Of a stretch of 64,000 bases of DNA, positions 39,555 through 48,546 are shown piece by piece. How positions within the stretch are numbered: the stretch's first letter is position 1; each line of letters opens with the position of its first letter. The stretch is from a virus. The notes below the pieces were generated by a model. That model was not told where the DNA came from. It was given only the letters and a program-made list of their open reading frames with translations, and did no database searches. A program made the translations under genes and the position numbers. The DNA lies in the UHGV virus genome UHGV-0312576; one strand, 5' to 3'.

Positions 39555-39755
39555 TTAATCAAAATATCCAAGGGTTTCTTGAAAAATAGATTCCAATTTC
39601 TCTTTAAGAACATGTTTGTCTGTCTTGTAGGCATCGATTTCAACAGTTACCTTAAGGCCAGGGAATTCAATTTCATTCTCTGGTTTATTATTACGTAAAG
39701 TCATTCCTTCCTCATCAAATACAAATTTTTGTGGTATTACTTGTGTTTTGGTCAT
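39555..39755 (-). CDS. small ORF (66 aa) tightly linked upstream of the RSH gene; candidate partner (antitoxin or regulator)
   Basis: Its stop codon lies 17 nt before the RSH start, with the RSH RBS between them. No recognisable motif. Confidence 0.45.
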   Translation of the reverse strand: MTKTQVIPQKFVFDEEGMTLRNNKPENEIEFPGLKVTVEIDAYKTDKHVLKEKLESIFQETLGYFD

Positions 39756-39886
39756 GCTTATAGCTTCCTTTCTTTTGATTTAAGTGATATATAGTTATTC
39801 TCCATCCAAAACTTCACTTTCCAGATAATTCATAAATTACGTTTTACAAATACCACACATACTAATCACAAAGGAAGGTGATGAAA

Positions 39887-40666
39887 ATGGCGGTAGCTCA
39901 GAAAAGTGCTATATCTGTGGGTGTGTTATATATTCCGTCCGATTTATACAAGACAACCAGGGATATTAGTATTTCGTTTAATCAACTTTGCAAGGACTCT
40001 CATGAACGGATTAAATATAAGAAATATTGCCCATCTTGTAATAAGGAGATAAAGTCTAACGATGATATCATTAAGGGGTATGAGTACGAGAAAGGGCGTT
40101 ATGTGGTATTCACTCAGGATGAATTGGATAAGCTGAAGACTGAAAAAGATAGGACAGTCCATATAGATCATACGGCCAAGATGTCTGAGATTGATAGCAT
40201 CTACTTTGACAAGAACTACTATATGATTCCGGAGCCAGGTGCAGAGAAATCATATGAACTGTTTCGCCAGGCATTGCTGAGCCTGAAACTGGTAGCGGTC
40301 GCCAAGACTGTGTTAGGTACTAAGCAGGAACTCTTGGTATTGTATCCTACTAAGGAATGTATTATTGCCAAGATATTATTTTACAAAGAAGAAATTCAGG
40401 AGTTACCAAAGCCAATACCAAAAGTAGAGATAAAGAAGGAAGAATTGGATTTGGCAAAGCTGATGGTTAAATCTCTGGAGAAGAAATTTGATATATCAGC
40501 ATACCATGATGAATATCAGCAACGGCTGCGAGAGGCCATAACAGCTAAGATTAATGGTAAAGAGATTGTGGCTACAGATAATGTAACCCATGAAATGATA
40601 GATCCTATGGAGGCTATGAAGCAGGTAATAGAAATGCTGCAAAATGGTAAAGTTGGTACAGCATAA
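39887..40666 (+). CDS. ku: Ku protein (bacterial NHEJ DNA-end-binding protein)
   Basis: 'AISVGVLYIPSDLYKTT', 'KYKKYCPSCN' and 'YHDEYQ' line up with bacterial Ku (AISFGLVNVPVKVYSAT...RYKRVCEACG...YHDTYQ). AAGGAAGG RBS. Start trimmed from the track's GTG. Confidence 0.85.
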   Translation: MAVAQKSAISVGVLYIPSDLYKTTRDISISFNQLCKDSHERIKYKKYCPSCNKEIKSNDDIIKGYEYEKGRYVVFTQDELDKLKTEKDRTVHIDHTAKMSEIDSIYFDKNYYMIPEPGAEKSYELFRQALLSLKLVAVAKTVLGTKQELLVLYPTKECIIAKILFYKEEIQELPKPIPKVEIKKEELDLAKLMVKSLEKKFDISAYHDEYQQRLREAITAKINGKEIVATDNVTHEMIDPMEAMKQVIEMLQNGKVGTA

Positions 40667-41601
40667 TGGATATATTTGATAAAAAGGGTATCAAACCAAT
40701 GCTGATTGCAGAGATGGTAGATCCGTTTGACTCAGATGATTATATCTATGAACTGAAGCTGGATGGGATGCGCTGCATAGCGTATTTTAATGATAGTAGC
40801 GTGGATTTTCGTAATAAGAGGGATTTTAAATTACTTCCAAGATTCCAGGAATTAAAGGATATCTACAAAAATATTAAGCATAAATGCATCCTTGATGGAG
40901 AGCTGGCCGTTATAGTGAATGGTGTTCCTGTTTTTAGTATTTTGCAACGTAGGTCTATACTGAATGATCCATTTAAGATAGAGTTGGCGTCTAAAATGAA
41001 TCCTGCTATATTTGTTGCCTTTGATGTCATATATTTTGATGGGGATGTAGTTGTTGATAAACCGCTTATAGAACGTAAGAAATTGTTGGAAGAATGTTTT
41101 GCTGAAGAGAGTAGTAAGATTGCATATAGCAGATATATTGAAGAACATGGCATAAAACTTTTTGAACTGGCAAAGCAGCAACATTTAGAGGGTATTGTTG
41201 CCAAAAAGAAGGATAGTTTATACTGGTTTGGTAAAGAAACACGGGACTGGGTTAAAATCAAGGTTATGACCGATGAGGATTTTGTGCTGTGTGGATATAT
41301 TCTAAAACCAAATAATATGACCAGCTTTGTTATAGGCCAGTATGATGGCAGTGAATTAGTTTATAAGGGGCATATTACTCTTGGTGCAAGTCTGAGGAAG
41401 CTTAATGAATACAAATACAGTATAATCAACCATTCGCCGTTTGAACATACACCTCCAGGAAATGAGAAGGCGGTATGGTTGGCTCCGGAGTTGGTCTGCA
41501 TTGTAGAGTATATGCCAGATGAGTCAATAGAGCGTCGGCAAGCGGTTCTGAAGGGAATAAGAGATGATAAGCTGCCGATGGAGTGCCAGGTAGGGGAGTA
41601 G
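40666..41601 (+). CDS. ATP-dependent DNA ligase, LigD ligase-domain-like
   Basis: 'YELKLDGMRCIAYF' is the KxDG adenylation motif I. Its start overlaps the Ku stop (TAATG), indicating translational coupling. Confidence 0.8.
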   Translation: MDIFDKKGIKPMLIAEMVDPFDSDDYIYELKLDGMRCIAYFNDSSVDFRNKRDFKLLPRFQELKDIYKNIKHKCILDGELAVIVNGVPVFSILQRRSILNDPFKIELASKMNPAIFVAFDVIYFDGDVVVDKPLIERKKLLEECFAEESSKIAYSRYIEEHGIKLFELAKQQHLEGIVAKKKDSLYWFGKETRDWVKIKVMTDEDFVLCGYILKPNNMTSFVIGQYDGSELVYKGHITLGASLRKLNEYKYSIINHSPFEHTPPGNEKAVWLAPELVCIVEYMPDESIERRQAVLKGIRDDKLPMECQVGE

Positions 41602-41636
41602 GGATGCTCCCCTTTTTGACATACAAAAGCCTGATG

Positions 41637-42347
41637 TTATTTGCATTTTCTTGCTACATAAGTAACTACCTTTGTATACAGATGACTAATTATTGAATCC
41701 CGTGGAATATCATATTCTTGTTTGCTAACAGAATACTTTAATATATTCCATCCACTAAAAATATCATTTAAATATTCCTGTATTTTTCCAGTTGAAAGGT
41801 TTACTTCAAATTGTGCGTCTAAGTTTTCTTGTGTATCTAAATTTATTTCTTTAATATCAGAATTTATTACTAAACAGACAATACCATCTTTTCGCAATCC
41901 ATTTTTGATTTCAAACAATTTTTTAATAAATGATTGTTCAGTGTCAATATGTTCTAATGCAGATATTGCCATAATAAAATCAAAGGCATTAACACTAATA
42001 TCATATTCTTCAATAGATTTTACAATTCCAATAATGTGTGAACTCACATTATGTTCTTTAGCGTTTTGACGGAGTTTTTCAATTGCAACTTCCAATAAAT
42101 CAACACATTCTACAGTACAATTTATGTTTTTATATTTTTCCGCAATGTAAATACAGTTACGACCAATACCACACCCCAAGTCCAATACTTGAAGCTTATC
42201 GTATCCGTTAAATAAAGGGCATATATCCTGTACTGTTTTTATGGGTTTACGTAACCAAGTGTTTGATTGATATAGTTTTTCATTAGTATATATCGCAACA
42301 TGTGACATTTTCTCATTCGCTCGAATATGTGCTAATCTTTCATCCAA
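41637..42347 (-). CDS. SAM-dependent methyltransferase, TehB-like
   Basis: 'VLDLGCGIGRNCIYIA' motif I plus a downstream 'FDFIMAISALEHI', resembling TehB. Confidence 0.6.
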   Translation of the reverse strand: MDERLAHIRANEKMSHVAIYTNEKLYQSNTWLRKPIKTVQDICPLFNGYDKLQVLDLGCGIGRNCIYIAEKYKNINCTVECVDLLEVAIEKLRQNAKEHNVSSHIIGIVKSIEEYDISVNAFDFIMAISALEHIDTEQSFIKKLFEIKNGLRKDGIVCLVINSDIKEINLDTQENLDAQFEVNLSTGKIQEYLNDIFSGWNILKYSVSKQEYDIPRDSIISHLYTKVVTYVARKCK

Positions 42348-42359
42348 TTTTATTCACCT

Positions 42360-43400
42360 CAATAAATATATCTGTTTGATACCCAAACTTTGACTAATTA
42401 TAGCATGTATTTGTGTACATGAAAACGATAAGTTCGGTGAGGAGATTCGGAAGTGAGGAGATTTCATTGAAATACAAGGGATTTTTGAGATTTTGTGGTG
42501 TGATTTAGGATGAGTGAGAGGTGTTATTTCCTTATATAAAGGTCGAGTTCGGGAAAGTGCTTGATTTATAGGGAGTTTTAGGGGGGAGGAGAGTGATTTT
42601 GCAGTATTTTGGGGCGAAAATAAATTATCTGAAAATTTAGTTTTCGTTGTAAATGCGTTGTTTTACCGAACTCGATACCGAACGTGCTTTGAGTAAATAT
42701 GTAAATTGTGTGGACGTTTGGTACAATTATAAGGGGTGTTTTGGGTGCCAGAAAGTGAAAATTTTAAGGTTATGTGTGGGTGGAACAGATAGGGGCATTT
42801 GGTGAAAATGGGATTAACTGGGAAATGTAAACATACCCCCACCTATGGTATAGACAGCAAAAACCCTTGATAAATAAGGGCAAAATCAAAAATGCGTACT
42901 TTTGTTATTAGTACGCATTGTAAATGATTTCCAACTATGTGATATAGTATTGATTACTATAAATATTGCGTTGTAAAAACAACAAAATATATCGAACTGT
43001 ATACTTGTTTAAACAAGGCTGAAATTGTCTGACAATAACATGTTTAAACAAGTTCGACACAACGCTGTTTCGACAACATAACTGGCATGGTCAATACTTC
43101 AAAATCTATCACTATCAACCATGCCAGTCGTTCCTGGATATGTTACACCTACATCAATACACACCCAATAAATCAATCTACAATCCAATACCCCACACAA
43201 CGTACCACAATCAAATCCTAGCCATTTAACATCCACACTCTAACGACTATCCACCCACATCACAAACCAGCCTTAAAACGTCTCACAATGTGTCACATCG
43301 TTCCTGGCTCCATTACAAAATCCTATCCCTACATTATAATGTCCACAATCTAATCACATATGCCCATATAGCGCACCACAACGGCCCACAATCCATTTTA
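42360..43400. promoter_or_regulatory. ~1 kb non-coding control region: strand-asymmetric arms, palindromes and CACAAT repeats (candidate ori/pac/operator region)
   Basis: No ORF of 60 aa or more. Plus strand is G+T-rich and C-poor up to ~42900, then A+C-rich and G-poor from ~43100. Contains the 14-bp palindrome CTTGTTTAAACAAG plus a near copy, the hairpin ACTGGCATGGT..ACCATGCCAGT, the hairpin ATGCGTACT..AGTACGCAT, and GTGAGGAGATT direct repeats. Confidence 0.5.
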
Positions 43401-43405
43401 CGCTA

Positions 43406-43627
43406 TCAGTCAATATCAATATATAGGTTACATCCAATAGCCTTACATAATGTGTATATAATATTGATTCCAGGATTAGGAGTCCTACCAGCTAATAAAT
43501 TACTAACTGTCTGACGTGACCATCCTGTAATATTGCAAATATCTTTTTGGCGCAATCCTTTGTCAATCATTATGTGTTTAATTTGTTTCATAATATCATT
43601 AACATTGCCACTGTATTCTAGTTTCAT
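43406..43627 (-). CDS. HTH XRE-family (cI-like) transcriptional regulator
   Basis: 'IKHIMIDKGLRQKDICNITGWSRQTVSNLLAGRT' is an HTH_3 motif. Start trimmed to MKLEYS, with a GGAGGA RBS. Transcribed divergently from the plus-strand early genes. Confidence 0.6.
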   Translation of the reverse strand: MKLEYSGNVNDIMKQIKHIMIDKGLRQKDICNITGWSRQTVSNLLAGRTPNPGINIIYTLCKAIGCNLYIDID

Positions 43628-43859
43628 TCTATCCTCCAAATGGGTAGTATTATAGTATAACATATCCACACATTGTATTGCAATGACAAAACATTGTTGA
43701 TTTTTACAAAAATATTATAGCATAATTTGTGCACTATTTTCGCAAGAAAAGTATTGTAATAACAATACAAGTATGCTATATTATAAGTGTCCCAAGGGAC
43801 AGGGCGCAAGCCCTACAACATAATAGCAACAATCGGCACCTTGATAATTGAATAGACTT

Positions 43860-43882
43860 TACACTCCCAACATGGTATAATC
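43860..43882 (+). promoter_or_regulatory. candidate early promoter with extended -10 (TGgTATAAT)
   Basis: 'catggtataat' lies about 45 nt upstream of the first plus-strand gene. Upstream palindromes (CATTGTATTGCAATG, AACATTGTT, GTCCCAAGGGAC, AGGGCGCAAGCCCT) may be operators. Confidence 0.35.
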
Positions 43883-43922
43883 AATCCATATCAACCCGAC
43901 AACGTGGGAAGGTGGTGAGACA

Positions 43923-44192
43923 ATGACAGACAGCGAGTTATTACAAGCGATATACAGCGACATGCAAGAGTTAAAACAGCGCGTGACTGGTATCGAGATA
44001 ACGCTTGAAAACGAAACCAATAAAAACATTAAGCTACTGGCTGAAAACCATGGAAACTTGATTGACAAGCTAAATCAAGCCATTAAAGTATCTGATAAGA
44101 CGGCAATATATGAGATCCAAGTTAATATCCTTACTAGTAAGGTAGAGAAACTCGAAAAGGAAATGGCTGAATTAAAGAATCGGATAGCATAG
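43923..44192 (+). CDS. small coiled-coil protein (paralogue family member 1)
   Basis: 89 aa with a GGAAGGTGGTGAG RBS. Similar to 44830..45120 ('ITLENETNKNIKLLAENHGNL' vs 'LTVENEISKKIDIIGEGHDFL'). Confidence 0.5.
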   Translation: MTDSELLQAIYSDMQELKQRVTGIEITLENETNKNIKLLAENHGNLIDKLNQAIKVSDKTAIYEIQVNILTSKVEKLEKEMAELKNRIA

Positions 44193-44205
44193 TGGGAGGG
44201 ATTTT

Positions 44206-44397
44206 GTGACAGACAATGAGTTATTACTTGCTCTATCAGACATGTTAGAAACAAAATTACAGCCAATAAAGGACGACATCCAATGTTTATATAAGTTAAT
44301 ATCACAGACTGAGCGTGAAATTAACTGCATCGTCCGTTTGATGGATCTATCATCCAAGGTTAATGAATTGGAAAAGAAAGTAAACGATTTAAAATAA
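44206..44397 (+). CDS. small coiled-coil protein (related family member 2)
   Basis: 63 aa. Starts MTDNELLLAL, like member 1 (MTDSELLQAI). Confidence 0.45.
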   Translation: MTDNELLLALSDMLETKLQPIKDDIQCLYKLISQTEREINCIVRLMDLSSKVNELEKKVNDLK

Positions 44398-44526
44398 CCA
44401 TACAGAGTGTAAAGCCTATTGAATTATTAAGGGGTTTACACTCTTTTTAATTGGAGTACATACGTTGTCAAGTAGGTGGGAGGTGTGATATAATTTCCTT
44501 ATTATAATAAGGCAGGTATATGATAT

Positions 44527-44745
44527 ATGACAGATATACGTACTAATCAAGAGCTCTTGCAGGTAGTAAATAAGATAATAAAAGACTCTGGTATTAAAAA
44601 GACTGCACTAGCTCAAAAGATAGGACTATCAAGGCAAGGACTTGATAACCTGTTAAAAAAGCAATCTTTTTCAATTGACGATGCAAATCGTATATTAAAT
44701 GTATTGCATTATACTGTAACAGCAAAAATGGACGAAATAAAATAG
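44527..44745 (+). CDS. HTH DNA-binding protein (Cro/excisionase-like small regulator)
   Basis: 'IKKTALAQKIGLSRQGLDNLLKK' is an HTH motif. Confidence 0.55.
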   Translation: MTDIRTNQELLQVVNKIIKDSGIKKTALAQKIGLSRQGLDNLLKKQSFSIDDANRILNVLHYTVTAKMDEIK

Positions 44746-44769
44746 TTTACAAAAACGCAATAAAACACT

Positions 44770-44798
44770 TGACATTCTATCGGCATAGCGTTATACTT
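44770..44798 (+). promoter_or_regulatory. sigma70-like promoter
   Basis: TTGACA - 17 nt - TATACT, upstream of the 44830 gene. Confidence 0.5.
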
Positions 44799-44829
44799 GA
44801 TTCAAGAGTTAAGGAAAGGAGAAAACAGC

Positions 44830-45120
44830 ATGACAGAAACAGAAAAACTCATTCTTGAAAAACTGGACGAATTAGGACAGGGATTAAAGGAAGTAAATGA
44901 ACGTACTACAAGGATTGAGGAAAGAACTACTCGCATTGAATTAACCGTTGAAAACGAGATTAGCAAGAAAATCGACATTATCGGTGAGGGTCATGATTTC
45001 CTTAAACAGCGTCTTGATGAAGCCCTTCAGATGGAAAAGAAACGCGAAAGCATGGAACTTGAATTAATCAATCTCCGCATGGAAATTAAGAAAATCAAAG
45101 AGCATTTAGACATTGCATAA
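44830..45120 (+). CDS. small coiled-coil protein (paralogue family member 3)
   Basis: Start trimmed to MTETEKL, with an AAGGAAAGGAG RBS. Tandem 'ERTTRIEERTTRIE' repeat. Confidence 0.5.
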   Translation: MTETEKLILEKLDELGQGLKEVNERTTRIEERTTRIELTVENEISKKIDIIGEGHDFLKQRLDEALQMEKKRESMELELINLRMEIKKIKEHLDIA

Positions 45121-46252
45121 TGACAGAGGAATTGACGGTGTAGCCGTGGGGAATTCAGTTTCCCAATTCCATTCGCCGTAACAAACGGTGACAATAGACG
45201 TAACTACAACGTACTATAAAAAATCGTAGGACAGATACTGCTATCTAAGTAAGTAGCAGCGTATAGGTCAAAACGATAGCTAGTGATCTTAATACCTGCC
45301 CATAAGGTAATTCGGACAATCGAGTAGGGGAAGTTCCGAAAGTGTCGTAACGTGAAACCTTATAGAGAGGGGGCGGAAAGTACCTCTTACAATAGAAAAG
45401 GGGCGGAGCTACTAACTCCACCCAATTCACGGGAACACATTGATATGTGAACCTCTCATTCGCAATTTGAGGATATCACATTTCAACGATTCTGTCAATT
45501 CTGACAGAAAAATTCCCTAAAACAAATTGAGCGCATTTTCTCATTCTGTATTTTTGACTACGGAACGTGTATTAAAGTCGCTCAAAAAAAAGAGAACTAA
45601 TAATGTGTGATATGGTGGTGTGCCTATCACATGGCAAACAAGACAGGTTTTAGAGACTGTACAAGAGGTTAAAGAAATCATAGTTGATTATTTAACACAT
45701 TCTCTAAATAGAGAAAACGGAACGAGATAAGCGCCGTAAAACTGCTATCCGTGTTAGCCGAAACACGCTGGTGACATCCGGGACGATATTAGGTAATCAG
45801 TTAAATATTATCAGATGTTACGCGAATAACCAACGCAAAAATCGGACTACCCAATAAGGGATAGACAACTACATATAAAAGTTTTGGATTATTTAAAGTA
45901 AATAGTCCAACGGTGTGGCCGTGGTAAGCTGTAACCGTGATGATAGACTTTTTCTATCATATGGATAATATCGTAGTCTTTTCAATAATTAGCGCGCTAG
46001 AGGATGGAGCGGGTGAAAATGGGGATGTGATACCATATCATAATAGGAAAGTAAACCATTGTGGACAAAAGCTAATGTTAAAGTCTAAACAGCCGTAGAG
46101 AATGAACGGCAGACGAAAGACGAAAAACTTACATATTACAGGTAGTCAATCACGACTGCTTTTTATTATTTACCATGCAAAGAATACAATCAACTTGTTT
46201 GCATGGATAAGTGATAAAGAGAATATCAACGATAAGAAGTGGAGGGAACACA

Positions 46253-46417
46253 ATGAATGGTACAAAAGTAATTTATGGTTACAAGGATCTTGATCATGCA
46301 ATCATGTGTACAGTAAAGGATCTGATCTTTAAAGGTATGGATATCTTAATAGTAGCAGAATGTGCAGGCGGTACAATCACGGCACCGGTTGAAATGTTTC
46401 AGTGGATGGAGGTATAA
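46253..46417 (+). CDS. small hypothetical protein (54 aa)
   Basis: GGAGGG RBS 7 nt before the ATG. Lies at the right edge of the ORF-poor island. Confidence 0.3.
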   Translation: MNGTKVIYGYKDLDHAIMCTVKDLIFKGMDILIVAECAGGTITAPVEMFQWMEV

Positions 46418-46974
46418 GCCGTGTGCAGTGCGGGATGGTTCAGAACTGGAAGTATATTCCGGAACCTGGAGTGAATGTCTAAACTATTGCCGTCAGCGGA
46501 ATTGGAAGTGGATTGCACCTCATTGGGCATTAGAATTCACTACATATCCGGTCTTATAGTTCTAAATCAATATTTCAAGGGAGGCAAGCATGAAAAAATA
46601 TTTAGTATCATTTATGAAAAATGGAGAACTTTTTGAAACAATAGTAACGGCTAATAATTCATTTGATGCGAGAGAATGTATATCAATTAAATACGAAATT
46701 CCAATGAATTTTGAAATTGGAAATAATGAAGATGAAAAAAATCATGTAAGTGCGGTAATTAAACTATAAAATCAATGAAATATCACATTTGTAACACCAG
46801 AGAGGAAGAATAACAAATGGAAAGAAAGTTTTATGACCCTGAATATGACAGAATAGTTGATGAATCAGTACCTAAAAAACAATATGCATGGTTCAGTGCG
46901 CAGTCGTGGTTTCATCAATCCTATGATGACTTTTTAGCAGAAAATTTCACAGTCATTGAATAAAGGGGCACTAT

Positions 46975-47181
46975 ATGAAAGATAGACAAATTGAGCACAA
47001 AGTTATCAATGGCCTATTAAAACAAGGATATCAGCCAGATAAAGCTGTTTTAGAGGACATACGGAAAACTATAGTGAGGGAATCCATAGACAAATATCAT
47101 CCGTACTACATCCTGGGATTAGTCTGTGACTATGGCTTTTATTTGGGCGTAAAGGGTACACAATTTGAGGTCCCATTATAG
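46975..47181 (+). CDS. hypothetical protein (68 aa)
   Basis: Small ORF. Neighbouring unlisted ORFs of 48-59 aa (approximately 46580-46759, 46817-46963 and 47604-47783) also carry RBSs. Confidence 0.4.
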   Translation: MKDRQIEHKVINGLLKQGYQPDKAVLEDIRKTIVRESIDKYHPYYILGLVCDYGFYLGVKGTQFEVPL

Positions 47182-47209
47182 AATATATACGCAAGGAAGG
47201 GTGGGAGAA

Positions 47210-47386
47210 ATGAAAACTATAACTACAATTTTAATCACGGCAGCAATTACGGCGCTCATTACAGCGTCTATTTTAATGCACAAATCTAATTATCTCAATA
47301 TGTCCAATGTGACAGACTTTAGAGTCACAGATACGGGGCTAATGCTCTATACAGAGGATGGCGCAGGATGGTACTGGGAACGATAA
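47210..47386 (+). CDS. small membrane protein
   Basis: AGGAAGGGTGGGAG RBS. 'ILITAAITALITASIL' is a TM helix. Confidence 0.4.
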   Translation: MKTITTILITAAITALITASILMHKSNYLNMSNVTDFRVTDTGLMLYTEDGAGWYWER

Positions 47387-47797
47387 TTAGGGCATATACA
47401 CGTCACAGTGTATATGCTCATTTGCTTATGGGAGAGATACATAATGGATTTTGTAACAGCATTATTGATATTGGCCAGAGGTTATGTAGTCAGACTTGCC
47501 CATGATATTATGGGAGATTAAAAGAGGTATTTCTTTGGGAATATCTCTTTTTTAGTGGAATGAAATAGAGAATACATATAACGAAAGGGAACAAGGTGAG
47601 ACTATGGCTTATAAAAGGAAAACAGTTGATAGATGGGACATATTAGGTAATTGTGGCTATGGATGGGAAGTTGAAAATTCCGAATACACAAGAGAAGACG
47701 CAAAGCGAAGCTTGAAAGAATATAGGGAAAACTGCAATTACCCTATTAAGATGGAAAAGCACAGAGAAAAAATTGAAGAATAAGAAAGGTTAAAACG

Positions 47798-48319
47798 GTG
47801 GAGATTATGACAAGAGAAATTACAACAATTTTAGAAGCAAGTAGAGAATGGGTTGGAACTTTTAATGCTTTTCCTTTGGAAATGATAACAAAACTATTTA
47901 ATATAGACGTTGATGGTTGGAGAGAAATTACCCCTATTTCAAAAGGTTGTAGAGTATGGAGTAATAAAAATCAGGAGATGGGTTATATAAAAGAGATAAA
48001 AGAAAATGAAGATAGGGAAGAAATTGCAGTTATTGAACTTGACAATGGAGAAAAAGTTGAGGAATTAAAAGAAGATTTAAGCAGAGAAGAAGATGATTAC
48101 TTTCCTATGTGGGGGACAATGTGGCAGTTTTCCGATTCTTGTGATAATTGGTGGCTTGAAAATCATCTTAATGAAATGGCCGATTGTGGCTTTAGGATTT
48201 ATGAATCAGATGAATTTGGCTACTTCTTCGGAATAGATGGTGCCGGATATGATTTTTATGAAGCACACTGGATTCCTTTATACAATAAGCGTGGTTTACA
48301 ATGGCATACAACCGTATAA
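47798..48319 (+). CDS. acidic hypothetical protein (173 aa), Trp-rich C-terminal domain
   Basis: GTG start. Acidic middle region (EENEDREE..EELKEDLSREEDD) and C-terminal 'YFFGIDGAGYDFYEAHWIPLY'. Confidence 0.55.
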   Translation: MEIMTREITTILEASREWVGTFNAFPLEMITKLFNIDVDGWREITPISKGCRVWSNKNQEMGYIKEIKENEDREEIAVIELDNGEKVEELKEDLSREEDDYFPMWGTMWQFSDSCDNWWLENHLNEMADCGFRIYESDEFGYFFGIDGAGYDFYEAHWIPLYNKRGLQWHTTV

Positions 48320-48344
48320 ATACGAAAAGAAAGGCGGTACATAT

Positions 48345-48533
48345 ATGAAAGAATGGAACGGGAAACCCGTTAAGAAGTGGAATAGCGCTATGGACCAGAA
48401 CGGGAACAAGGTTGGCAAAATTTTCTATGAGGACGGCACAACGGAGATTGTCAGAGGTGGAAACGCTGCACAGTTACCATGGACAAGTGATAAAAACTAT
48501 AAGTCACTGTCTGGACTATATGGGAGCAAATAG
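48345..48533 (+). CDS. hypothetical protein (62 aa)
   Basis: Internal start with an AAAGGCGG RBS. I read one nucleotide differently from the ORF track at ~48480, so coordinates follow the track. Confidence 0.45.
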   Translation: MKEWNGKPVKKWNSAMDQNGNKVGKIFYEDGTTEIVRGGNAAQLPWTSDKNYKSLSGLYGSK

Positions 48534-48546
48534 GGAGGATAGTATT

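Noticed and set aside
39878-39886. Track start 'MMKM' for Ku, and similar extended N-termini on several other track ORFs
   Set aside because: The ORF track translates GTG and TTG as Met and takes the longest frame. RBS positions support later ATGs, which I used for the trimmed coordinates in the features list.
40852-41261. Minus-strand ORFs 40852..41184 and 40863..41261 antisense to the ligase gene
   Set aside because: Antisense to a gene carrying a clear KxDG ligase motif. Low-complexity, non-protein-like translation.
42360-46250. CRISPR array in either large non-coding region
   Set aside because: I found no regularly spaced identical repeats of 24-40 nt. The repeats present are short and irregular (GTGAGGAGATT, CACAAT, GGGGCGGA).
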